A program made the position numbers and the translations under genes. A stretch of 47,218 bases of DNA, taken from positions 1 through 47,218 of the forward strand of contig NW_024705410.1 in assembly GCF_018977255.1 (NCBI RefSeq). Direction: 5' to 3'. The notes beneath the pieces were generated by a model, which saw only the letters and a list, made by a program, of their open reading frames with translations, did not search any database and was not told where the DNA came from. Numbering within the stretch: the stretch's first letter is position 1; each line of letters opens with the position of its first letter. This stretch comes from Callorhinchus milii (taxonomy: Eukaryota). Positions 12,525 through 22,506 of the stretch are shown here, in pieces.

Positions 12525-13496
12525 GTGGGACGAGAACGACGTCCTCATGTCGGCGGTTTTCGCGTCTTTGTTCCTTCTGGGCAAGGGATTGTCCAAGGGC
12601 ACGTTGCGGCCAAATATACATTCGACGAAATGGCGAATGGACATTGGCAAAACGGAATGTGGCAACTACGCGCGGGACCACAGGCTCGCAAGCCACTCGT
12701 CCCGCGCGGGAAACGGTCGTGGCCAGAGGAGCCAGCTCCGACGCCGCAAGAGTCTGCTGTGGCGGTGAAGCGGCGACCAAGCCCACCTCCGCCCGGCGTC
12801 ACTCCACGTTGTCCGCCCCCTGTCTCGGTCGAACACGTTGTCTTCGTTCCGGGGTACGGAAGGCTGTTCCCGAACGACTTCCGCTGCTTACAACCTGGCC
12901 AGTGGTTGAACGACACCATCATCAACCTGTTCGGGCAGTTCTACTGCCTGCCGCGAGCGGCATACGTCCACCTGTTTAACACGTTCCTGTACACAAAGTT
13001 CTTGGCGGGCCATCTCGACGACTTGAATTGCGTCTTCGACGGCGTGTCTTCCAGGCCGGTGTGGATCATACCGATCCACGACCAGTCGCACTGGCAGATC
13101 TTGGTCATCGTCAACGCCACGTGCCCACCAAGGTCGACTGCCATGCTGTTAGACTCAATGGCTGCATGCGGGCAGTCGCGCAACGCCAAGAACATCGCGG
13201 CCTTCGCCAGCATGGTGGTGAACCGGGTCGTGCGCGCCGAATCGGTGAGCACGCCGGTGGCGATCACCACCGTGGCAATCACCACGGTGCTTGTGCCGCA
13301 GCAACCGAACGGCTACGACTGTGGCGTCTACGCCCTGCTCAACATCATGCACCTGGTGCGCCATTACGACAACATCGTGGCCGTTCAAGGACCAGGTCAG
13401 GTGGATTGGCGCGCGTGGTACACGCAGGAGGCGGCGTCACAGCACAGGCGCGACCTGCTGCAACAGCTACATGAACTTAAAGACCTACATCAATAA
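12525..13496 (+). CDS. Ulp1/SENP-family (peptidase C48) SUMO/NEDD8-type cysteine protease domain; true start uncertain, probably the C-terminus of the transposon polyprotein
   Basis: DFRCLQPGQWLNDTIINLF...LFNTFLY...WIIPIHDQSHWQILVI...LLDSM...VPQQPNGYDCGVYAL. His at 13089, Asp at 13152, Gln at 13299-13304 and Cys at 13320 are all in one open frame. TAA at 13494-13496 overlaps an AATAAA. Confidence 0.88.
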   Translation: MGRERRPHVGGFRVFVPSGQGIVQGHVAAKYTFDEMANGHWQNGMWQLRAGPQARKPLVPRGKRSWPEEPAPTPQESAVAVKRRPSPPPPGVTPRCPPPVSVEHVVFVPGYGRLFPNDFRCLQPGQWLNDTIINLFGQFYCLPRAAYVHLFNTFLYTKFLAGHLDDLNCVFDGVSSRPVWIIPIHDQSHWQILVIVNATCPPRSTAMLLDSMAACGQSRNAKNIAAFASMVVNRVVRAESVSTPVAITTVAITTVLVPQQPNGYDCGVYALLNIMHLVRHYDNIVAVQGPGQVDWRAWYTQEAASQHRRDLLQQLHELKDLHQ

Positions 13497-13640
13497 ATCA
13501 ACAATCATCATCTGATGCAATAGTAACAGCTACAACTTCCAACATGACTACGGTATCCAACACGGATCGCACGAATGCGCTGTCCAACCAAGTTCCTACC
13601 TGCCCACTCCGAAGGAACGTGTTTATTTAGTCGTATCTGT

Positions 13641-13730
13641 TGACTCTATAGTAATATCCACTGACTATAGTAGTAACTACTAACTCTATAGTAGTAACTG
13701 CTGACTCTATAGTATTGTAGTGACTGACTC
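13641..13730. repeat. Imperfect ~20-bp tandem repeat, about 4 copies (TGACTCTATAGTAGTAACTGC)
   Basis: Units begin at 13641, 13662, 13681 and 13702, with a partial unit at 13721. Confidence 0.8.
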
Positions 13731-14154
13731 ATATACACTAAAAGTAGGAGGCACTAACAGTTCACACTTGGTAACTACGGTTTCCCAGTCAGGACAGCTG
13801 GTAGACTGCCTGACTGGCAATGCAGAGATGGTTAAGATGGAGTTGACGGCGAAGACTCCAGCAGGACGACGGGGATCCCACTCCAAACGACAGCCCGGAG
13901 GTCCCCTCCTGGGGCCCCTCTTATCCTGTCAGCATGGCCTGGCTCCGCCCCCAGCCACGCCCCCTTCTGGAACCTACTAGCAGTTTCTTGATGTGTCCTG
14001 TCCGTAACCTTTCCCCTACATCCCTCTTGGCCTATCACGTGACCAGCTGTCAGTCAGGGCTGACAGCAGGTAAGCTGCAGATCCCCTTCCCTGCCAGCAT
14101 GCTTCTATGTGACCGATTCAATGTGTATACAGTAGTATCTACTCACCATAGTAG

Positions 14155-15625
14155 TGTTATAGCGCAAATGATGATGCAGAGGCAGGTCTTCTTAAGGGCT
14201 TACGCCAGGGTTTATTAGGGGCTTACGCCTCAGGGATATTAAGGGCTTACGCCTAACACTGGACGGGCTAGCATATATCTCCCAGGGGTAGGGTACTGGG
14301 AATCCTACACACCGACTGCCCGGGCTCTTCCCACTGCACCGACCAAGGGCTAAACCAACATTGGCCGGCCGGGTAAAGCAGCAACTCCTAGCCTCGTGCT
14401 AGATTACCCTACCCTGGGTCCCGACTTCCACCCTCTCACGTTCCCGGCTCTAACGACGACCCCGCTCACGTAACGGGTACCAGCTTAAGTTCCCCAGGGG
14501 ACATTACTTCATCACCCCACCACCTGTGCAAGACGTCACCGCCTGTGACGTCATTGTACCGGAAGGTCCGCCTGATGTCACATCCTGTGACGTCATCGCC
14601 TCAGAGGGTGAGCATGTAGTAATGTCATTAACTACTCCTTTACATCACCCGCCCCCCCCCCCCCCGTGAGAAAAAATAAGCTGACCCGGCTGCAACCATT
14701 ACGAGAGCGGAGTCCACCCAGACGGAAAGCCAATAACGACAGACGAACGCAAGTGACATGTGTGGGGAGACAAGACCGGCTGCTAGAAGGAACCCAACAC
14801 TAGGGCAGCACGGTACAAGATAGAGTCTGGAAAAAGTCACCACTCGGGACAACGTAAAGTGACGACGAAGGCTGGAGAGTGAAAAAGACGGCCTCACAGG
14901 CCGTCATCGTATGCGCACGCCCCTCAAGCGCGTGCGCGCCACCAGCCCGCTCCCCTGCTTGGCGTCGGTCGCCAGCCTCGGCAGAATACTGGCCGATGGC
15001 AAGTCTGGGGGCCTCGCAGGTGCACCCAAAGGCAGGCCGCTGCCCCTTGCAGCGTCGGCCTTTGGAACCAGTGTTGTACCGGTGGAAGACAGGTACGTCG
15101 CCGGTACATCCACCGGATGGCCCGTCGCCGTTGGCGTCACTGGCGGGGGCTCTGCGGGCGCACACAAAGGTAGGGCATCGCTCGCATCATCACGACCCCT
15201 GAGGCCCGGCTCGTCGGATGCATCAAGAGAGGCCAGGCGGCACCACCCGCTTGAGCCGAGACGGGTGCACAATCCATTGGCGGCGGCCCCATCAAATACA
15301 GATACATTGCGGTCGGCAGACCTCTACGACCTCAACAGGCCCTGCTACGGGCGATGTAATTTAGGGGACGTGCCAACAGGTACATGGGGGCAGTGCAGCC
15401 ACGCCAACTGGCCCTTTTCCCATGGAAGGCCGACAGCCTGGTGTTTGGGAAAGCGCTCGGTAGCCGCCTGCCGGCAGGTCGAATTATCCAAGGCCCCCTG
15501 CAGAGCCTTGCGCAACCGGTCAAGCGCGATCCTCATTGGGGCAGGCATTGGCGAGCCCTTCTTTGAGGTCCCCAGGTCCAGCTGGACGTGCATTGGGGGC
15601 TCGGGTTCCCTCCCGTACATCAAAT
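14155..15625 (-). mobile_element. 5'-truncated Gypsy element: integrase C-terminus, PPT and 3' LTR (LTR about 14155-14644)
   Basis: The minus strand gives MYGREPEPPMHVQL...WEKGQLAWLHCPHVPVGTSPKLHRP, homologous to the full elements. The G-run PPT with CAGCCGG..GGCT context precedes TGTAAAGG at 14644. A minus-strand AATAAA lies near 14212. Confidence 0.8.
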
Positions 15626-16599
15626 GGTTGGAAGGTCTATGCCAGGCCGAGCAAGGTCAGAAACAGGTCGAGTGCTGGCAGTAAATGGAGAAATATTATT
15701 TCCTAAGCAATGACTGACAGTGGTGGTACGGCAGGTGCACGCGGTGTGGCTTGCAGAGATGCTTGTGTATAGAAGCTCCGACGAGACGTTAACTTAGTTG
15801 AAGGTATAACCTTGATTTTACGTACATGTGGGGGTTCACAGCTATTGATGGGTAACAGCTCCACCGGAGCTACACACGCGTTGTCTTCATCCTCGGCAAG
15901 CGCCCCTACTGCCAGCGACGCTCCCTTTTCATATTTACCTCCCTGCTCTTAATTAGCTACCACCTGTCATCTCACTACAGTGCCGTCTCATCAATCATTC
16001 CTTAACCACCTGTATTTACAATAATGTTTAGACATCAAATGTTGGCCTTACGTAGCAATTAATTAAGCATATGGCTATGGATATGCACAAGAGAGAAATG
16101 TGTTTTCTCTCAGACTATATATTGATTCCCTGAGGCACGGGTATTACAAGTGAGAATGTCCCTGGGTGCATGGGATTTTACCACTAATTGTCTTTGTTCA
16201 TCGCTAAACAAAGGCTCTCGAAAGGAAAGGAAGGCGTTACGACCGACAATGGACTCTGAGATTAGTACGGCGATTAAGGGAGAAGATGTATGCACAACAC
16301 AAAATAACCTGGTGCATCCCTCTCACCCATCGACATGAATTAAGTTCGTCTGTGTGTGATTGAAACGGTATGCTCGCCCTGGTGATGCATCTACCTGACA
16401 CACGCTTGGATGAACATGTCCAACACCTTGATCTTCCCAGGACACAAAACCTGAGGAACCTCCTCCATCTGTTTTGTGGCTGTGCCTGAGGAGGGAACGG
16501 TGAGAACACGGAAGCAGTGCCTTGTTGGGTGGATGGTCTTCAGGCTCTCGTCGCGACACCATTCGGCCAGGCAGTGATGCACATGGGTGACACTTTGTG

Positions 16600-18765
16600 T
16601 GGGTATGTCCCTCTGTGGTTTGAAGTGGCTTTGGTGGACACCCATCGTCGGCGCCCCATCTGAATGCATACACTTTACGGGCAAATAACCTGGACGACCT
16701 CAACAGGACCCTGCCAGGGACGGTGCAGTTTTGGCGATGTGCCCACCCGGACCTGGAGTCAGTGCAACCAGGCCCAATTCCCTTGCTCGAAAGGCACCGG
16801 CGTTTCTGTTTCCCTCTGCATGCGCTCGTTTAACAATTCGGTGACTGCAGCTTCACTAGCCTCCTGCAGCTTTTCTAGAGGCAGTCTGAGGGAGGAGAGC
16901 CACGCAATTGATCAAGCTGGGAGAGCTACAATCTGGTTTTCAATCAGTGGCTTTGGGTATATCCCATATAACAAAATAATGGGGAGAGTCTGAACGACGC
17001 ATCCAGAACTCCTACGATGTGCAATTCCTAGTCTGTCCGGTCGTTTTTGACAATATGGCACAGCATCGCTGACAGCGTGCGATTGAGCCATTCTACCTGT
17101 CCATAGGACTGGGGGTGGTATGGCAAGGTTAGAATTTTATTTGTGCCCATGATGTCACAGACGTCGTGCAGTTGTTTAGCCGAGAAATATCAACCCTGAT
17201 CTGTAAGTCGCTTATCAAGGGGGGCTTTGTCCAGGATGCAACCGTGGAGAAAGGCTTCTGCTATAGACGCAGTCGTCTGGTCTGGCAGTGGCCTTGCTAT
17301 GGGTCAGCGCGTGCAATTTCCTTTCCGACGAGCACATTCATTACCCGTTAGTGTTTCAGGGAACAGACCAAGGATGTCTAATGCTACCAGCTCGTTCACC
17401 ATTGACACTGCAGGAGAGGTTGTATGGGTTGGGAAGGTGATTTTCTTTTAGCACACTTCTAGCATCGATTCACCCAATCACACACGTCCTTCGAAATCCC
17501 TGGCCAGTAGTAGCGTGTTTGCAGTGTAAGTAGTTGTAGATTTGAAGCTTTCGTGACTGCAAAGATCCATACTCTTTGTTTTCTTCGGTAAAGTCACGTA
17601 GGTTAAAAGGAAAACAAATAATTTATTTGTTTTCCTTTTAGTGAGTCAAATAGTGTAAATAGTGTTTTATGGTGGTCCAAGTGCATGAGCCGATCGGCAT
17701 GCGCTTCTGATGCCAACTGTTGGTATAGGGGGGTGGGTACAAACAAACAGTGACGCTGCAGTCTAGCATCTCACTTCATCAACAGTTATCATCATCTTTT
17801 AAAGGACGCACCAGCTTGTACATTCGCGGCCAATTCGGCTGCCTTGACGCAAGATAATCCAACGAGGCATCCTCTTTTCATTACCGGATCTCTTCAGTCC
17901 ATATCTGCCCGAGATCATGATCTGCAGGTGGTTCCTTTCTTTCACTGACTGCAGCATTTATCGGCATCACTAGGGCCGGCGAGGCAGGGCCAGTAGACAT
18001 TGTGCCGCTCCCATTGTTAAAGTACATGAGTCTTTTAATGGTAATCGTGACAGCATGTCTGCATCACAGTGATGGATACCTTTCTGTGTGTAATGTCGTA
18101 TGAGTACTCCTGCAGTTTTTCTGTCCACCTGGCCATCTGTCTAGAGAGAAAATTGTAATGCCGCATGATCAGGCACACAGTAAACTGGCGGTTATATTGG
18201 TCAAGCCGAAATGAAGGAACAAAATTAATGGCTGCCAGGAGTTCTCTACGCATGACACAATAACATTGTTCCGTGGTGGAAAGTACGCGACTCCTCTATG
18301 CAATGACCACTTCGACACCCCCTGCATGTGTCAAAACACGGCTCAGAAACAGACATCACTAGCATCCGTGTCCAGGAATAACGACACGGAAAAATCCGGG
18401 TATGCTAGTGAGTCAAATCTGAATGTAGTGCCTGAAAATCCATCTCTTATGCCTGCCCCCACCGAAACCATACCCCTTTTGGCAGGAGCGCGTGTAAAGG
18501 TTTTTGCCACTGTAGCGAATCGGAGCACAAATTGGCTGTAGTATGATCCAAATCCCAGAAATCGTGACATCTCCTGCACTGAGGTGGCGTAGGCCAATTT
18601 GCCACTGAATTCGTTTTTTTAGGGTAGGTTACCACTGCCTTCTCGCTGACATGTCCTAAATACTTGACAGATTTTTGTACAAAATGTAATTTTGATGGTT
18701 TTAGCTTAAGTTGAGCGGCTCGCATCTTTGAAAACACGTGTCTAAATCTAACGAGGTATCCTGGC
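16600..18765 (-). mobile_element. Decayed Gypsy pol fragment (RT end, RNase H, integrase)
   Basis: VFSKMRAAQLKLKPSK..VKYLGHV; FLGFGSYY; YPDFS..FLDTDASD; RRELLA; ARWTEKLQEYSYDITHRK; ELVALDILG; YHPQSYGQVEWLNRTLSAMLCH; GTSPKLHRPWQGP. Many stops and frameshifts. Confidence 0.85.
17535..17651 (-). mobile_element. Short Penelope-like terminal insertion inside the decayed Gypsy
   Basis: TTTGAAGCTTTCGTGACTGC...TTCGGTAAAGTCACGTAG matches the Penelope 3' tail seen elsewhere. It contains an internal hairpin and is flanked by a near-TSD AGTGTAA(G/A)TAGT. Confidence 0.6.
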
Positions 18766-19099
18766 GGTATCGCTGAAATCCACACAGCTTCAACCACATC
18801 ATTGGACTGGATGAGGAACCTTGGCGTTCATTTATGACGATCATTAAGAAAAAAACTAAAACTGTTGCTTTTCACAATGTCATACGAAAGAAGAAGAAGA
18901 TAGGAACTAGCATTGCATGACATGAAAAGTAGACAATTTTTCCAGAACAAACGCTGTAGAGAGAGTTTCAGTTAAACCAGGAATAATGGATAGCGAGCTT
19001 AAGGGTAGGTTGCATATAGTCGAACATTATCAGAAAAATGTGATAGCCAATGCCATTACTCTTGATGAGGAGACCAATGATGACCAGGATGGGTAAATT

Positions 19100-19910
19100 C
19101 ATTGGTGGTGAGGTGGACTTTAATCAAACATTATGATAATTTCAAGAGGACTATCATTGTCCAGAAGGGCCAGCATGATTTGAGCCTAGGTTATGGTGAG
19201 TGGTCAAATTCATGATCGAAGTGTTCGCATAAAATGTCATCTACAGTGCCAAAGGCTGTCCAAATGTCAAGATCAATGAACATGGCACCAGAGCCTCTCA
19301 ATGATGTCCAATTTATTATCAAGTGCATTTCAGTTAAGCAAGCAGGCCATGAAGCCAATTGCAGAGTAAATAAGTTGAGAGGCTGAGGGAGGAGTTTGTC
19401 TTAAGCCATCCAAATAAGACATTTCAACCATTTTAGACTGTGCTAATCGGAAGTGCAAGGAAAGGACAACAAACTAAACACAACAATCAATTATTTTCCA
19501 TTCTAGATTTAAAAGTGCATAACTCAAGTGGAAGAGCATTCCAGACGGCCACAGAAGCGCATATGAAGTGTGCGATGCTTTGACCATCTCTGTTTGATGG
19601 CCAAAGTTCACGTGATGGTTTATGCTCCTTGATGAGATCAGCAAGGTAGTGTGGTTAATTGGTGGCAAGCACTTTGCATGTAATGAGTGCGACCTTATAA
19701 TGTATTTGTTCGGCAACCGGAAGACAATGCAGCTTGACGAGCACTGGACGGACCTCGTCAGATCTTGCAGGACCTGTCACGACACATGCCAAAGCGTTTA
19801 TACATGCTGTAGCTTGGTAATATTTTTTATAAGACATCCGTAATGTAGTAAGTTGCAATAATCGAGCCTTGTCGATAATATGCTATATGCCACCGTGTTG
19901 GCTATGACTG
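19100..19910 (-). mobile_element. Decayed L2/CR1-clade LINE ORF2 fragments
   Basis: STRLDYCNLL; NALACVVTG...VRPVLVKLHCLPVAEQIHYKVALITCK (cf. HITPVL..LHWLPV..RI.YK); DLDIWTAFGTVD (cf. DLSAAFDTVD). Confidence 0.65.
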
Positions 19911-21574
19911 GATATCCCCAACCCTAAATGACCTACAAATGGGGAAGGCACCTGACGTATGTATGTTGAACTTCTATCGCACCAACACAAGACACTAGTC
20001 CCGTTAGAAGCCCAGGGCAGTGTTCACCACAACAGCCATCCTGTGAGATAGTTCCCATTGGTTAGCAGCTGTCCAGCCCGTCAGCAGAGGTACTGCCACC
20101 AGGGATGCCTTGACTCCACACCGATGAGCCTATCATAAGCAGGAAAAGAGCTGCATTGCCAGTGAACAGACCATGCCACCTCATGGGTTATGCACCTTGA
20201 TACGTAATGCGGGCAGAATAATCCCTTGTTCAAGGTACCATCGACTTTATAGGGTAGACCACCAATGATTTTCCACAGTGCCATTCGCGTGGTGCTTACA
20301 ACACACATTCATAATCAAGAACTCGACAATTAAGTTCCTGTTGAAGTGTTCAAGTTTGAAGTACAAAGTTACATATCATAAATGTAAATATTATGATTGT
20401 GTTCCCTCATGTTACTCAATTACTTAACGGATAATTTTTAAGTTGTAAGTCTTTTTGAGTGTTTAATTTAGCTTTTGATCATGATTAAATGTCTAGTAAA
20501 GAAAGAGAGACGTAATGCATGCCATGTGATGACGTGACGATGGGCTTATGATAAATATGAGCAAAAAAATGTTACGTACAACAAACTGGCTAAACAATTG
20601 AGGATATATGTAGGTGTGACACAAATGGAAAACAGCATCATATGTTTACCTATCATAGTTATTAAAAGCAGACCAAAAGCACAACATTTAAATAAATATG
20701 TGAACAAGAGCAAGTTGCAGTGCTTTTGGAAAGCTGAACTTCATCATTGAAAGACGTGTGCCTAAATAATAAAGTTTTTAATTAGTGTGTACTACCTGCT
20801 ATGACATATGGCTCATAAACATAGTTGGTAAAAATATATATATAAATAAAGAGCACACATAAGAGTGGTTAGATTCATGATGTAAATAAAATTGACAACG
20901 AAAAATACCATTAAATTAGAGAACATATGCAGGATAATGCCATATTAAAATTATTAAGAAAAACACGTGGGCTCCAGCAGGATACATCATTAAAAGAAAG
21001 TAAACAAAACTACCAAGAGAGTGGCGACCAAAGGAGGTGACCTGCCTGTGAGCACACCCATCAATGAGATGGAGGCATATATTTGGCTTCTGTGCAGCAG
21101 CAGATTGTGGTTAGATTGTTCTTGGGTAGACTGTGAGAGATGGCGATGGTTTTGGGAGGCCTTCATCCAGCAGGGGATTGGCCATGCTGATGACAATGAT
21201 ATAGAGTGTCCTGGTACTCAATTACCACACATTACCTGCTTAGATCTGTCTGGTAGTCAACTGATTATTATCACCATGAGAGTAGTTTTTCTAATTTCGT
21301 TAATATTCACACATGGCCTATACTATTTTGAGTAATGTCACGGCACATGTTATGGTTAATACAAAATCAGTCATTGATCATGAACCTTTGCAACAAGTGG
21401 CAAACACTGTCCCGCTTGGTCATGTAGAAATGTTCTGAAACACTTGTGGGAAAATATTGGACCAGGTGCCATTGACACTTTTTTATTAAACAACCATTGA
21501 CCAAGTTAATATAATTATATTGTTGCTGTGTCTCACCACACTATTGTTCCTTATGTATCTCTTGCTTTTACTAG

Positions 21575-21714
21575 ATGAATTTAAAGGATTCTCTGTTAGC
21601 CCTAGTGTGGCCGCACACACAAAGGGAATTTGGGCATGGCCCATTGACCATCCTCTGGACAATGGAAAGTGTCTACTTTTGCTGGACACAGAAGGACTTG
21701 GAGATGTGGGAAGG
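21575..21714 (+). CDS. Guanylate-binding protein (GBP/GB1-RHD3 GTPase) exon with G2 (HTKGIW) and G3 (DTEG)
   Basis: Polypyrimidine tract plus TAG acceptor and GTAAGC donor at 21715. Encodes (D)EFKGFSVSPSVAAHTKGIWAWPIDHPLDNGKCLLLLDTEGLGDVGR, versus hGBP1 KGFSLGSTVQSHTKGIWMWCVPHPKKPGHILVLLDTEGLGDVEK. Confidence 0.92.
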
Positions 21715-21945
21715 GTAAGCTATTTTCTGTATGTAAAACCATATATCAAATTAATTGCAAATAACCATGCAATTACTATGTTAGAACAAATGTATATATA
21801 TATTGATTACTAGAAATTAATTAATTGCATTGTTTGTAATTTTAATATTTCATTTCATCATCTTTACTTGATATTTCCAATGCATTGCTTTCGTATTGTA
21901 TAGATTGTCGCAAGATAGATTAAATAAATGGACCACTGTTACATG

Positions 21946-22484
21946 TGTAATGCGAGCAAGGATTGAGGGGGGCGGAGTCTGGGTCACGTGGGGAGTGGGT
22001 AGAGTTAGGGTCACGTGGGAGAGAGGATTTAGGGGGAGAACCGGAAGGGAAAAGGGGAGTGGAGACGGAGTGAAACAGGAGGAGGCCACGCTGGGCAGGA
22101 CGGAGAGAGTGGCGCGGTCGCCACGCGGTGGAAGAGAGAGCGGCGCGGTCGCCACGCGGTGGGAGACGTCGACACCGTCAGCCATCGGTGTCAGACGCAG
22201 AGAGCTAGCGGCTGTGGGAGGCTAGCTGTATACGGGGCAGCAGTGAAGCTAGAAGCGGAGCAGCGGTGTGGCTGCAAGGTGGAGCAGCAGGGAGACTGCC
22301 TAACGGAGCAGCAGGGAGACTGCATATGGAGCAGCAGGGAGACTGCATATCGGAGCAGCCGAGTGGCTGTGGAGAGATCGTCGGGAGGGACGCGGGCCTG
22401 AGCGAGGACGCCGTGGTAACGAGATTCTACGAACCCAATAAAGGACAACGGAGATCGACATCTGAGAGAGAGTCCTTTATTACA
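21946..22484 (+). repeat. 5' LTR of Gypsy element 1 (539 bp)
   Basis: Direct repeat of 28039-28519, with AATAAA near its 3' end and internal tandem units GGAGCAGCAGGGAGACTGC. Confidence 0.95.
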
Positions 22485-22485
22485 T

Positions 22486-22499
22486 TGGTGTCAGAAGTG
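22486..22499 (+). promoter_or_regulatory. Primer-binding site (tRNA-Leu type)
   Basis: TGGTGTCAGAAGTG lies one base after the LTR and is complementary to a tRNA-Leu 3' end (...CACUUCUGACACCA). Confidence 0.8.
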
Positions 22500-22506
22500 A
22501 AACGGC

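Larger units (their letters stand above)
10584..13496 (+). mobile_element. Internally deleted Helitron2/Helentron-like rolling-circle transposon coding region with a C-terminal Ulp1-type protease
   Basis: Order across frameshifts: STPR-like repeats (QTPEERAARLERARVA); CASC...LCSTC; DUF6570-like FSLYNGHDYG..LP...GNAICFMQDGP..LPR..VTFLGP...AY*WLEFW..HPRFDGITID; pre-Rep motif RGDDPIVEWDENDVLMSAVFASLFLLGKG; then the protease. HUH Rep core and Pif1 helicase are absent. Termini not identified. Confidence 0.7.

Noticed and set aside
12525..13496. Polinton/adenovirus maturation protease or a host SENP gene exon
   Set aside because: No pPolB, capsid, ATPase or integrase is nearby. The motifs (WLND, QQ.NGYDCG) are Ulp1-type, and the ORF is intronless and contiguous with Helitron-like domains.
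14911..15684. 257-aa + strand ORF as a gene
   Set aside because: It is antisense to the decayed Gypsy integrase tail and has no domain similarity.
15766..16020. Possible solo LTR (TGTATAGA...TATTTACA)
   Set aside because: No TSD, no second copy and no adjacent PBS or PPT could be confirmed.
22280..22360. CRISPR-like short direct repeats (GGAGCAGCAGGGAGACTGC)
   Set aside because: These are tandem units with only 4-5-nt gaps inside an LTR. There are no unique spacers or cas genes, and the context is eukaryotic.
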